A DNA stretch of 64,000 nucleotides from Azolla caroliniana (GCA_043228905.1 JBHGNT010000009.1:20894001-20958000); one strand, 5' to 3'. Shown: positions 11,717 to 23,871, numbered from the stretch's first letter. The notes: generated by a model from the sequence alone, not told the origin. Translations and numbers: made by a program.

Positions 11717-14700
11717 CACGCCCCCTCCAAACCCGCACATCCTCCGGTATGTGCCGAAGTTCTTGATTCTTCGTATCCGTCTTCATCCGAAGCTTCCTCC
11801 GATTCTCCCCTTATGTCGACTATGAGTTGTAATCCACTTTCTTCACTTCCCGCATCATTGTGGTCTTCGTCCGATTGCTCCTCGTTGTCGGCCTCGACTT
11901 GGATCACATACGGTTTGTTGTCGGTCCGCTTCTTGAAAATCTTCACCCGCTTCCCGGCTATAGGCACTCGTAGTATTGTTCCATCCAACTCGGACAGTCG
12001 GTACGTCCCGTTGTCGAAGACCTTCCGAACCTCGTACGGCCCGAACCACCTTTTCGCGAATTTCCGCATCGTTGTATGTTGATGGTCCAAGCTACTATCA
12101 TAGACGATCACCCAATCTCCTTCTTCAATCCTCCTCGGTCGTAGTCGGTGCTTTGTGTCGAACCGGCTTTTGTTCCGGAACCGTGCTTCTTGTTGTCGGC
12201 GTGACGCTTCCGCTACATCTTTCGATCTTCCCTCCAGTTGTCGTATCCGGACCGCTAGTAGTTCTTCCCGGCTCATCTCTTCCTTCCACGGTAGTATTGT
12301 CCATGTCGCGATTGCGGTTTCCGTTGGCATTACCGGTGCTTGTCCGGTCATGAGTTCTGCCGGCATGTAACCGGTCACGGAGCTATGCGTCGTCCGATCC
12401 GCCCATAGTGCATACGGAAGCATTTGTGGCCAATCCTTCACCCTTCCGTCGCATGCCTTCGCAAGTGCTTTCACGATCGGACTATGTCCTCGTTCGATCT
12501 TCCCGTTGGCCTCCGGATTGTAGGCCGTTGTCAACGTTAACCGAACTCCATGTTTGGCGAAGAATCCCCTAGCTTTGTCCGAGTCGAGTTCTCCCCGGTC
12601 CGCAATCACTTGTCCTACGCAGCCGTACCTACAAAACACTTCTTCCAAAAGAAATTGGCACACCGTGGCACACGTTTTCCTCCGAAGCGCTCGACCTTCA
12701 ACTTGGTTTGTGAGATCTTCTCGAGCTAACACCAAGTATTTCTTTTGTCCAATCCCGGTCGGCATAGCTACAATGTCGACCATCCACTTGAAGTTGATTG
12801 TCGGTGAGAATGTCGGATGCAGCTCATCTCGGTGTCGGACCCCGGAGTAGACTTGACATTTCTCGCAGCTTTCTGTGAACTCCGCGACATCTTTATACAT
12901 GTTCTTCCACCAATATCTTTGCTTGATTTTCACAAAAGTTGCCCATGTTCCTCGATGTCCAGCCCAATCGGATTCGTGGAACTCGGACATTATCCGGTTT
13001 CGTTGCTCTTTCGTCCCGACTACTCGAAGTGGTATCCCATCCGGTCTTTTCGGCGTCCTCCATATTAAACCGTTTTCCAAGAAGAACTTTTGGACTTGCC
13101 TCTTCTTCCTTCGGATCTCGGCTCTCCTTTCTTTATCATTGGTTGAATCCTCGACCTCTTGTAGCATCTTCCCGATCATCAAGGTTTCCCCCTCATATTC
13201 TTCTTCCCGGAATTCTCGGATCACGTTCACTCGGCATATGTGTTCTGACGTGAAGTAGTCTTCGGAAACTTCTTCATTATCTGATTCGGTTATGTCGTCT
13301 TCAAACCGCGCCCTCGATAACATGTCCGCTACCGCGTTGTCCTTCCCCGAGATGTGTCGAACCTCCGGATTAAGTGACTTGACATATGCAATCCACCTTA
13401 GCATAGCCACATCCGGTATCGTACAACACCGCATCATCCCGAGTATCGGAAGACAATCTGTCTCGATCACCACTTCAGCTCCGATCAAATAATCCCGATC
13501 CGATTTTATCGCCGACACGACTCCCCACAATTCTCTTTTGACTTGTGCATATCCGCGTTGCCTTTCGTTGAGGACCTTTGCTCCAAATCGGATTGGATAC
13601 CGCGAACCATCCGAGTCGGCTTGATTGATGACCCACCCGATACCGGTTGGACTTGTATCAACCGTTACTATGATTGGCCGCTCGTAGCTTGGCTTCTTAA
13701 GTGATTCCGCCCTCCATAGTGTCTTCTTGAGCTTCCTCATGGCTTTAGTGTGTTCCGGTTTCCACTCGAATTTCTTACCTTTCCGCAACAAGTGATAGAG
13801 CGGGTCCGCTATATGTGCATAGTGCGGAATCCATATGTGATAGAATGCACACGCACCCAGAAACCTTCGGACTTCCGATGTTGACTCACATACTTCCTTC
13901 ATAGCTTGAATCGCATCGACCTTTGTTGGTGACGGTCTTCGGCCGTAGGGTCCACATAGATGTCCGACCACCAATATTTCTTCTTGCCCGAATGCCGATT
14001 TCTCCCCGGAAAGTGTTAGGTGCACATCTTCTAGCTTTCACAACACTTTCTCGCAATCATGAATATGGTCGACCACGAACTTTCGGCATCCCCGATCATC
14101 CATAGTCTCATCTTTTTCTTCCACCGCGCATCCTTTCATCGGAATGTCATCTAGAAACGGCATCGTTATCTCCGGGATGCAATCTCGAAGCACCTTGTTC
14201 ATCGCGTTCATCATATGTGCAACCGAGTTTGTCGCTCCTTGTGGTAGTGTGCACATTCGAACTAGTCCTATCGGTGTCCGCATGGTAGTGATGTCTCGGC
14301 TCTCCACGGCTAGTTGGAATTGGTCATACCCCGAGTATAGGTCCCCGATGGAGTATATCGCACGTCCGGCAAAAGCTTCCACGAATTCGTCCACTATCGG
14401 ACCGACTCCCGAGTTCCGGATCGTGACCTTGTTCACCGGTTGCAAGTCTTGGATGAATCGGAGTGACCCATTCTTCTTCGGAACCGTAAACCATCGATTT
14501 GAGTACGGAGCACTTGATGGCTCTAGAACCCCCATCACCACCTTCTCCTTGAGCAAGTCGATGACTTTCGGAATATGCGCCCGTGGCACCGGAATCGGCT
14601 TCAGGTTCCACGGTACATGATCAATCGTGAAAATCACCATCGGCTCCACTATCTTTGGATCAATGCATCCGATCTCCCTCGATGTGAACGCGAATGCTTT

Positions 14701-15315
14701 GCCATGTTGCTCCAACATCTCTCGAAACCGTTTTTCTTCTTCTTGTAAGAGGAACCCACCTCCACCGATCCGAAGTTTCTTCCGGGTCTCATCTGTGAAG
14801 GCATGTCCGATATCCACGGACTTCCGAAGTGTCGGATCTCCCGAGACTTCTTTCTTCTTTTGTTCGCTATCGGCGGGTAGTGGTCCCGCGGCCGGTTTCA
14901 CCTTCTTCTCCACGGTCTTGTATTTCGTACTTACCATTGCTTCTTCTTTGCGGAGCGCATCCGGCCCCATTTTCGCAACGATCTCGTACATCTCGACCGA
15001 TTCCACCGGGACTACCCGGTTCCCTTGGCTTTTATCTTCCGCAAGCTCTTCAAGCCGTTGTAGTGTATTCCCATAGAACACTTCCTCGATCACTCCCACG
15101 ATTTCTTCGTCTTCTTTTATTATTGATGCCGACCGTAACTTATCCTCCACTTGTCGGTATTGTTTCTTCATTCCTCCGGTTACGGCCGTGTACGTAGATG
15201 CCCCATCCGGGCCGATTCGTACTTGTTTTGCTCCGAGAGTTTTCTTCCTGTGTGGGGTATCAGGGCTTCTCGGACTATCACTTCCCCACTCCGCAACAGT
15301 CCGCTTTAAAAATCC
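11704..15315 (-). CDS. Nested Gypsy ORF2: RT-RNase H-integrase, in the -1 frame to ORF1, one in-frame TGA at 14040-14038
   Basis: RT (YSNRWFTVPKKNGSLRFIQDLQPVN, LPQGATNS, PFLDD), RNase H (VTVDTS..IETDC..NAVADMLSR), integrase HHCC and DDE core; ORFs 14038-15171 and 11704-14025 share a frame that is open back to 15315. Confidence 0.88.
15252..15315 (-). promoter_or_regulatory. -1 programmed ribosomal frameshift signal (G_GAU_UUU plus predicted H-type pseudoknot)
   Basis: Heptamer at 15315-15309 immediately before the ORF1 stop; 5-nt spacer; 11-bp stem 15303-15293/15281-15271; loop GUGGGG is complementary to CCCCAC at 15257-15252. Confidence 0.75.
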
Positions 15316-17345
15316 ATTCTCACTTGGGACAAGAGTTCCCTCTTGTTCCTTTCGTGATTTGCCGGCACCGTTAGGAATTGGACGGATTTCCCTCCGTTTT
15401 GGCTCCGAATTCGCGCAAAAGCCGCGCCACTATCGAGCACCTTCGTCTCCATCCGTGAAGCCGTGATAAAGGGTTGGCCGAGGATGACAGAATGTGAAAC
15501 CTCATCCTGCACAAAGAAATTTTGGTCAATTTCGACATCCCTGATCTTTACCGTCACATCCGGACAAGCTGCAAATAGGTCTTCTGTCGTTTTCGTGGCT
15601 GCCCGAATCTTCCATCCATGGTTGGTGTTTATAGGCCACTTCCTCTTTCGGTAGAACTCCTTGGACATCAAGTTGATCTCCGATCCGTGATCAATCAATG
15701 CTAGCACGGGTTCTTTGATGTTGCCGATTCGGACCGGAGTCTCCGTAGTCGCACGTGCCCAGTGTGGCCTTGTATAGTGGGAGTTCGGAATTTCGCCTTC
15801 CACTTCGGTGTCGTTCATTGAAACGGTATTTGCATTCACCCTTGGAGCATTTTCCTCCGTACTTTGTCTCTTCCTTTTTACGAGATCCACGAGAAGATCG
15901 TGAAACTCCTTCTTCGCTATTCCGAGTAGTTCCCGCAGCGAAAAATCTACCCGGCTATCCAAGATTCTTTCCTCGAACACTCTTTTCAAGTCGGTTTGTT
16001 GTTCTATGTCCGAGGCGAGCTTGAATGCCGGAGTCGCCTTTTTTTTTCCCTTACCTTCGGAGTTCCAGCTTTCCGGTATCTTCGATGGTCCGGCCGCATC
16101 CTCCGTGCGCCGTCGTTTCTCGTCCACATACACCTCATGTAATTGACACAGGGCGTATATGCTATTCTTGTCGACAGGGCACTCCCATCCCGTAGCTTCC
16201 CGGACGCCTTCCGCGGTGTTTCGGATATCGTTGGAGTCGGTTTTCTCGGTGTTTCCTAGCACCTCCGGCCAGAAAGACGCCTTCGCTCCCGATGACTCCT
16301 CGACACATATTCCCGCGGTTGTCGCATAGTTGCTTCTTGCCGCTAACTCCTCCTCGAGCACCTTCTTCATGCCGCCTTTCCGGAAGTTCGGTCGGAGTGG
16401 CTTCCGAGAGTCCATCGAATGAATCCGGTTTCCCTCGTAGTAGATGAGATCCCGTCGTAGCGCCTCCTTATGGTCGTCGCAATCCCTCCGATCGTGTTCG
16501 GCGCTATCGCACCATATGCACCATCGATCCGTATATTTGGAGCTTGTGGGGCGGTCATCCGACTTCTTCACCATCGCGATCTTTAGATTCTCCATCTCCT
16601 TCAGCAGCTGCTCCACCGTAGACGCGTCGACTCCCTTCTCGGCCGTAATCTCCCGAGCCCTCGGTTGATGGTCTTCCAGTCCCGTTCTCGGTTTCGGAAT
16701 CGGTTCCGAAACCCTCTTTTCTTCGTTGGCAAGCCATTGCCCCCTCTTCGTGTACCGCGCGACGATATCCCGCACGCTTTCCCATGTTTCGGTGAGGCCG
16801 CTTTCGGTGGTCGTGTCCTCAAGAAGCACTCCGAGATCTTTCCGGTCCCGGACGTCCACAGCTCGCAAAAACATGATGACTTTGTCCGGTGCAAGAATAG
16901 TTTGATCTCTCGCGGACAACCTCCCGAACCGACTTTCGAATGTCGAAAACACTTCGAGGACCTTCAGCCCCTTACCTGACGTTTCCACCCAATCCTCGAA
17001 TCCCCTCCGCGTTGCCTTGGAGGAGTCCTCGATGGCAAACGTGGTCTTTAACGCCTCTTCGAATGCTTCCCACGTCGGATTTTGTTGTTGCAACCCGTGG
17101 ATACTCCCTTGAAGCCCGTCGGTCGCCACCCGGTTAAAGGATGTCACTTGCAGTCCTTCCGAAGCCCGGCACCGGAGCATCTCCGCCTTGTAGTCCTGCA
17201 AATATCGCGACACATCCTTACCATTAAATTGCCCGTTGCGTTGCACGAGCCGCTCTACTGATGCCGAAATCTCCGACATCGTGCGTTGTTCTTGAAGCAT
17301 CCGTTCGAACATCGCCATCATATTGTTAGCTTGTTGAGCCTCCAT
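15306..17345 (-). CDS. Nested Gypsy ORF1: Gag with CCHC knuckle fused to aspartic protease
   Basis: Uninterrupted ORF from the ATG at 17345; CIWCDSAEHDRRDC; protease ALIDHGSEINL...VILGQPF. Confidence 0.88.
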   Translation of the reverse strand: MEAQQANNMMAMFERMLQEQRTMSEISASVERLVQRNGQFNGKDVSRYLQDYKAEMLRCRASEGLQVTSFNRVATDGLQGSIHGLQQQNPTWEAFEEALKTTFAIEDSSKATRRGFEDWVETSGKGLKVLEVFSTFESRFGRLSARDQTILAPDKVIMFLRAVDVRDRKDLGVLLEDTTTESGLTETWESVRDIVARYTKRGQWLANEEKRVSEPIPKPRTGLEDHQPRAREITAEKGVDASTVEQLLKEMENLKIAMVKKSDDRPTSSKYTDRWCIWCDSAEHDRRDCDDHKEALRRDLIYYEGNRIHSMDSRKPLRPNFRKGGMKKVLEEELAARSNYATTAGICVEESSGAKASFWPEVLGNTEKTDSNDIRNTAEGVREATGWECPVDKNSIYALCQLHEVYVDEKRRRTEDAAGPSKIPESWNSEGKGKKKATPAFKLASDIEQQTDLKRVFEERILDSRVDFSLRELLGIAKKEFHDLLVDLVKRKRQSTEENAPRVNANTVSMNDTEVEGEIPNSHYTRPHWARATTETPVRIGNIKEPVLALIDHGSEINLMSKEFYRKRKWPINTNHGWKIRAATKTTEDLFAACPDVTVKIRDVEIDQNFFVQDEVSHSVILGQPFITASRMETKVLDSGAAFARIRSQNGGKSVQFLTVPANHERNKRELLSQVRMDF

Positions 17346-17361
17346 CTCCTTGCCACCCGTC

Positions 17362-17379
17362 TTCACGTCGGGTTCACCA
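17362..17379 (-). promoter_or_regulatory. Primer-binding site complementary to the tRNA-Trp 3' end
   Basis: Plus strand reads TTCACGTCGGGTTCACCA, the recalled 18-nt 3' end of plant cytosolic tRNA-Trp, 4 nt from the 5' LTR. Confidence 0.8.
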
Positions 17380-17383
17380 ACTG

Positions 17384-18188
17384 TGTCGTGCCTTTCGGCT
17401 CCGGATCGTTGCGTGAGTCGGGTGGGAACCACAGAGGTCTTGGACTAGGAGAAAGAAGTTTGTGAGATAGAGATTAATTATGAGTAAATAGCAAAGAGAA
17501 AGATAAGAAACTCGTGAATCACACGAGTATACTATATTAATTGGTACTTAGGGTGTTAAGAGAGAAGTAGATGTATAAATCGTGAATCCCACGAATAATT
17601 TTTGTATTGATTAATACTTAATCCAAATAATCAACAACCCTTTACATATTTCTCTCCTCCTTATATAAGGAAGGAAGAGCTAAGCATGGCTTCATGCTTT
17701 TTTTTACAAAAAGTGTTCATGTCCACTAAATGTGCATGTGATGCTTTTTCATTTCCTAAGTATAGGGCTCATGCACGCTAGATGTGCATGAGTTATTTTT
17801 AGTGTCTCGTGTTTTCTTTTTTCATATATTAAAAAAATACACGATTTACCTTTTAATAAAGGTATGCATAAATAAAGGTCTTATACGTATTAAATCTATA
17901 TTTAAAACACTTAAGATAAGTTAATGTAATGGTAAGGTTGGGGTTTGTCAACGTGGAGGTGCAGAGTTTGAATCACGCCCTGCGTAGTAGTGAGTATTTC
18001 TTTTTATTTTACATTTATGTCTCTTTATCCGGCTCTTCCTTGCCGGTATGCCGTTTTCTTCCTTGCCGGTATGCCGTTTTCCTCCTTGCCGGTATGCCGT
18101 TTTCTTCCGGTTCTCACCGAGCACTCCATTCTCTATCCGGAGGGACAAAAATATAATTTCCACATAGTGTGCAACCTACACTACGACA
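17384..18188 (-). repeat. 5' LTR of the nested Gypsy
   Basis: 805 bp, paired with 10912-11716. Confidence 0.95.
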
Positions 18189-19838
18189 CCGTGTTGAGGG
18201 TGCATCATGGCATTAAAAAAGAATCCTCTTTTTGACCTCGGGTAAATCTGGAACACAAACCTTCCCATTACGGTAGAGCAGACCGTTAGCAATGTGGAAG
18301 TATTCCTTCGAGGATGTGGTGGTGTCTGTTCCAGACTCAACTCTTGCCCAGTATTTTGCAAAATAACTGTCATCAGGATACTTTCCTCGAAGGTGATCAT
18401 AAAGATCTGATGATATTTCAGTGAAGCTAAGCATGTTAACTTCACGGATGCGACTTAGTGCATCAATGATAGTGTTCATGGAACCTTTACGATATCGTAT
18501 GGAAAAATCAAAGTCCTAGATGAGATTAGCCCATCGTGCCTTACGATCGTCACAAAAATATTTGAAGGACTCGTGGTCCATAGTTACCACAAAGCAATTT
18601 CCATAAAGATAATGGCGCCATGTTTTGAGTGCATGTATAACTGCAAATAATTCATTTTCTTGAACGGTATACCGACATTGAGCAAAATCAAGTTTCTTAC
18701 TCTCGAATGCTATTGGTTTACCATCTTAATATAAGACAACACCTATAGCATAATCGCTTGCATCGGTTTCAACCTCAAAAGGTTTTGAAGGATCGGGTAA
18801 AAGAAGTGAAGGAGCCTTGCAAACCAGGTCCTTGAGTTCCTTAAAGGCAAGGTCTAGTGTAGCATTCCACACAATAGGTTTTGTAGACTTACGTGTTTGA
18901 CCTTTTAGAAGATCAGTAAACGACGTCATCAATTGGGAGTAATTACGAAGAGATTTTCGCAAAAACCCGACAAAACCAAGGAATGATCGAACTTCTCGAA
19001 TATTCCGACAAAACCAACACTTGATTTTCTCGATGCGAGAAGGATCAATTTCAACTCCTTGTTCGGTTATGAGATGTCCAAGGTAAGTAATTGATTTCTT
19101 GAAGAACTCACATTTTGAGATCTTCACGTAAAACTGTTTGTCACGCAATGTTTGTAAAACAAAGCAGACATGTTTAGCATGTTCTTGTAATGTACGACTA
19201 TAAACTAAAATATCATCCAAGAAAATAACGACAAATTTTCCAAGTTGTTCTGGAAAATGTCATTTATTTCTTGTTGAAATGTAGCCGGAGCATTGGTCAA
19301 ACCAAAAGGCATAACAAAAAACTCATAATGGCATAGCGCGTACGAAATGCTATTTTAGGAACATCGTCTCACTTATACGAATTTGATGGTAGCCAGTACG
19401 GAGATCAAGTTTCGTAAAATACCGAGCTCCCTGGAGACAGCCAATTAGATCGCCAGCCCGGGGCAATGGATACGAATTCTTGATAGTCACTTTATTCAAG
19501 CGTCGGTAATTAATACACATACGCCATGTGCCCTCTTTCTTTTTAACCAAGAGAACTGGTGCACCCCATGGAGATTTACTATAATGTATATAACCCATTC
19601 GTAAATAGTCCTTGAGTTGCTTAGATACCTCATACTCTTCGGATTGACTTAAGCGATAAGGAGGTATACTTATTGGTGCAACACCAGGTACAATATCTAT
19701 ACGATGGTCTATATTACGTTTAGGAGGTAAGCCATCTAGTAGTTCACTCGGAAAAACATCACGAAAATAATTTAAGATTTCATCAAGTTGTTGTTGTTCA
19801 AAATATGTTAATTGAACCGAAACATTATCGATATTAAG
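18189..19838 (-). pseudogene. Host chromovirus RT-RNase H and start of integrase, broken by frameshifts and stops
   Basis: [58 protein letters not shown]. Confidence 0.9.
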
Positions 19839-20599
19839 ACTATGTGGAAATTATATTTTTGTCCCTCCGGATAGAGAATGGAGTGCTCGGTGAGAACCGA
19901 AGAAAACGGCATACCGGCAAGGAGGAAAACGGCATACCGGCAAGGAAGAGCCGGATAAAGAGACATAAATGTAAAATAAAAGGAAATACTCACTACTGCG
20001 CAGGGCGTGATTCAAACTCTGCACCTCCATGTTGACAAACCCCAACCTTACCATTACATTAACTTATCTTAAGTGTTTTAAATATAGATTTAATACATAT
20101 AAGACCTTTATTTATGCATACCTTTATTAAAAGGTAAATCGTGTATTTTTTTAATATATGAAAAAAGAAAACACGAGACACTAAAAATAACTCATGCACA
20201 TCTAGCGTGCATGAGCCCTATACTTAGGAAATAAAAAAGCATCACATGCACATTTAGTGGACATGAACACTTTTTGTAAAAAAAAGCATGAAGCCATGCT
20301 TAGCTCTTCCTTCCTTATATAAGGAGGAGAGAAATATGTAAAGGGTTGTTGATTATTTGGATTAAGTATTAATCAATACAAAAATTATTCGTGGGATTCA
20401 CGATTTATACATCTACTTCTCTCTTAACACCCTAAGTACCAATTAATATAGTATACTCGTGTGATTCACGAGTTTCTTATCTTTCTCTTTGCTATTTACT
20501 CATAATTAATCTCTATCTCACAAACTTCTTTCTCCTAGTCCAAGACCTCTGTGGTTCCCACCCGACTCACGCAACGATCCGGAGCCGAAAGGCACGACA
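19839..20599 (+). repeat. Solo LTR of the nested-Gypsy family, opposite orientation, first ~19 bp lost
   Basis: Reverse complement of the 10912/17384 LTRs with only 2 copies of the 23-bp repeat; host pol sequence resumes on both sides. Confidence 0.92.
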
Positions 20600-22141
20600 A
20601 CGTGAATGTCCGGATCAAGTACACAATAAAATAGAGTAGAACAAGATAACTCGGATATTGATGGACACGAGGAAACAATCGAGAGGGATTGTTTTTTTAC
20701 ACATTGAATAAAATGAGTACAATCGTTTAGTACAAATGTAATTGAATGATGAACCCAATCAATAGATAAAGAAGAGTTTTTATCAGAAAACCAGGGATAA
20801 CCCAATATTACATCAGTGGTACAAAGATTCATTACATGGAAGTCTACTTCTTCTATATAAGTGTCAATAGAAATTCCTAATGAATGAATCGCCCCGTTGA
20901 TGTATTGTACTCTTCCATCAGCCAAGTGCACCGTGTAGGTGTGATCACTTATGATGGGTTGGATTCCCCATATCTGAACCAAACGATCATTCACAAAGTT
21001 GTGTGAGCTTCCCGAATCAAAGAAAAATTGTACGGGAGATCCATTGATATACCCGTTTGCACGTAGTAAATCATTGGGACCCAATACATAGTGAGGGAAA
21101 GAACATTGACAATTACTTAAATGATGTGTATAGACCTAAAGGACATTAGGAATCTGACCTTTATGGTTTGCAGGTTTAGCTTTGTTGTCGTGCTCTTTCC
21201 GTTGGAGCTTTCGACATTGTTCTTTTGTATGACCCTTTTTTTTGCAAAATACGCAAAAAGGATGTTGTCACTTACAATCGCGATCCATGAATTCGTTGGG
21301 TGTCTTGCGTTTCTCAGCGAATTGCGACTGCTTAGTCCCGGGCGCTTCGTTGGGTTTGTTGTGGTCCTTCTTCGAAGTGCGTTGATAGCGAAGAACTATT
21401 TCAACGGCCTCTTCGAAGGATTTTGGATCCTTATCGTGCACTATCCAATGATAGTCCGAATTGGGATGCCATTGACAAAACAAGCTATTAACCAATTATC
21501 CCCTTCTAGACCCAATTTTTGGATTGGGTTCTAGCATGGTGGACATAATCTTCTAGCGAGGAAAACTTCCTGCTAGAGAGGTTCATTAAAGCTTGTGCTG
21601 CCTCGGTTCGAGAGGGAGGTTGTAGAAATTGGCCCTTGAAAATTGTGAGCAAATCTGTCCAGGTATCGGGCAATTTCCCCAAAGTACGGAGCCCATGCCA
21701 CTAGGTGGCGGCCTTACCCCCTAGTTCTCGGCCAACATATGCAATCTTCGTACTATCTGGCCTGGGATAGAGCTCAAAATGAGACTCCCATCGGCCTAGC
21801 CATGTGCAGATTACTTCTTCGGTTCTTTCCTTTTTGTCTCCCGTAAATGGCTTAACGACAAACGATGGTTCACCCTGTCGCTCATCAGGTCTATTAGTCT
21901 CACGTTGTAGACTAATGACACGTGCCTCGAGAGCACTTTGAGATTGCCGAAGTTCGGTCATCTGTTGAGCGGTGAAACTAAGGTATTGGGTTATTTGCGA
22001 AAAATACATCTCAATGGACATTTGTCCAGGAGGATTCCCTTGAGTTCCTTCCGCTTGAGCGGATGACATCGGGTCGTTATTTTGAGCCATTAAATGATTA
22101 TTTCTAGAAAAGAAATAGGATAAGGTCAAAGAGATAGTCAT
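20600..22141 (-). pseudogene. Host chromovirus gag and protease, broken
   Basis: Protease FFFDSGSSHNFV...DVILGYPW; gag-like fragments at 21268-21495 and 21701-22141. Confidence 0.8.
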
Positions 22142-22417
22142 AACATCTCAATGGACATTTGTCCAGGAGGATTCCCTTGAGTTCCTTCCGCTTGAGCGGA
22201 TGACATCGGGTCGTTATTTTGAGCCATTAAATGATTATTTCTAGAAAAGAAATAGGATAAGGTCAAAGAGATAGTCATAACATCTCAATGGACATTTGTC
22301 CAGGAGGATTCCCTTGAGTTCCTTCCGCTTGAGCGGATGACATCGGGTCGTTATTTTGAGCCATTAAATGATTATTTCTAGAAAAGAAATAGGATAAGGT
22401 CAAAGAGATAGTCATAA
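22007..22417. repeat. Perfect 3 x 137-bp tandem repeat over the host gag start
   Basis: Units start at 22007, 22144 and 22281 and appear identical; ACATC microhomology at the junctions. Confidence 0.95.
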
Positions 22418-23544
22418 CATCATGTCGTGATGTAAACCTATCATGGGAAAACATTAATCGATATCATGATCTCACGTCAATACCCCTCTAGACGTATGAG
22501 ATGAGGTTCAAGATCAGGTTACTATGGTAACACAAAGGTGTTTTAAAAACCATGGGGGTGACAAATGAATGTCTTTCCCTGATCTCTATATCGATTTTAT
22601 ATGGCGGCTCCCCGAGACTCAACCATGTATGTTCGCGTCATGAATAGTTTATACACGAAAAAAATGTTAACAATAAACTATGTTTTGGTGCCCACATATG
22701 TGGTTTCGGTTCTTTAAGTCCTATTACGAGGACCCCAAAGTGCACTTAGACCTCAAGTCTAAACATGTGTTATAATCATATGTATCAACGATGTTGTATG
22801 GTCTTGGTCATATTTGAACTCAAGACCTCGAGAACAAATGCATTAAACACTTGAGCCAACCAAGTAGGTTGCTCTTCTTGAATGTTTAATGTTTCATGCG
22901 TACAAGAGATATGCGAGGCATTTGCCCATATATGTTTTTTTAAAAGAAACATATATGTCAAGAGTCCTTATTTCGCCCTCATTTACTACAACTATGTTGG
23001 TACGTTACCTAACCTCAAGTCTCGTAATTACGATGGCATACGCCAAAGTGCAACCTAATGGTCAAGCCAAACGAGCCCTCTTTTTGTAGTAGGCCCACCT
23101 GGCCCATCACATGGTCACGTCATTACGAATGCCTCTCGTAAGAATGATCTCATGGTGGCATCGTATCCATGTAATGAGGGAGGGATGTTGGATACGTGTG
23201 TCATAAGAGAGACCTCACATGAAGTGGGTCAAACCCTATGTACTCAACATCATTATGGCAATTGGCGTTTCTTTACGTAACGAAATATCAAAGTCACCAA
23301 CAGGGATTTCAACAATAAAAAATTGTTGAAAAAAGGGATGGTGACAACACGATTCTCACAAAAATGTGAGGATGGCCACCAAGAACCTTTCCCCAAAAAG
23401 GAAAACATTCGATTTAAAATCACGTAATAACTTATATACACATATGTATATTATCACATATATACGATCAACTACGTATACACGTGACCACATATGCCTA
23501 TATTAAAGAAATCGTTATATTTAATAACCAAAAATGACGTAATC

Positions 23545-23788
23545 GAGGCATGTACCTCTACACACACGAGACATCCAAAAATAATGGTTCAATGTAATAC
23601 ACAATTGAGGTATTGACCTCTTACGCATACGAGACCAAACGCATATCATTTACAAAAAAATCGAGGTGTTGACCTCATACGCAAATGTAACATATGTTCG
23701 TGAACGTAATACGTAATTGAGGTATTAACCTCGTACGCATACGACACTCATAACATATTATTTATATGTCAAACGAGGTATTGACCTC
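23545..23788. repeat. Five GAGGT-N4-ACCTC palindromes spaced ~56 bp apart in the host 5' leader
   Basis: Motif starts at 23545 (one mismatch), 23607, 23663, 23719 and 23775. Confidence 0.8.
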
Positions 23789-23871
23789 GTGCACATATGT
23801 AAGCGTTTTAGATAACCAATTAAATATCACTACAACATCATTTAATTAATGAAAATAATCTACATATTAAC

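Larger units (their letters stand above)
10912..18188 (-). mobile_element. Near-intact non-chromovirus Ty3/Gypsy element nested in the host integrase
   Basis: 805-bp LTRs TGTCGT...ACGACA with about 7 visible differences; 4-bp TSD CCGT (10908-10911, 18189-18192) whose removal restores the host frame HDAPSTRHPG; tRNA-Trp PBS; PPT GGAGGGGGCGTG at 11728-11717. Confidence 0.95.

Noticed and set aside
14038-14040. Programmed stop-codon readthrough in the nested Gypsy RT
   Set aside because: The stop lies inside the RT domain without a readthrough context (TGA AAG); CGA>TGA decay is the simpler explanation.
17346-17432. Gag N-terminal extension starting in the LTR
   Set aside because: It starts at GTG and crosses the LTR end and PBS; the ATG at 17345 is more plausible.
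19806-19838. Alternative TG start for the solo LTR
   Set aside because: This stretch translates as host pol ([11 protein letters not shown]); the LTR is simply truncated at 19839.
23545-23788. CRISPR-like array
   Set aside because: Eukaryotic TE leader, 14-bp repeat, spacers related to each other and no cas genes; kept only as a palindrome array.
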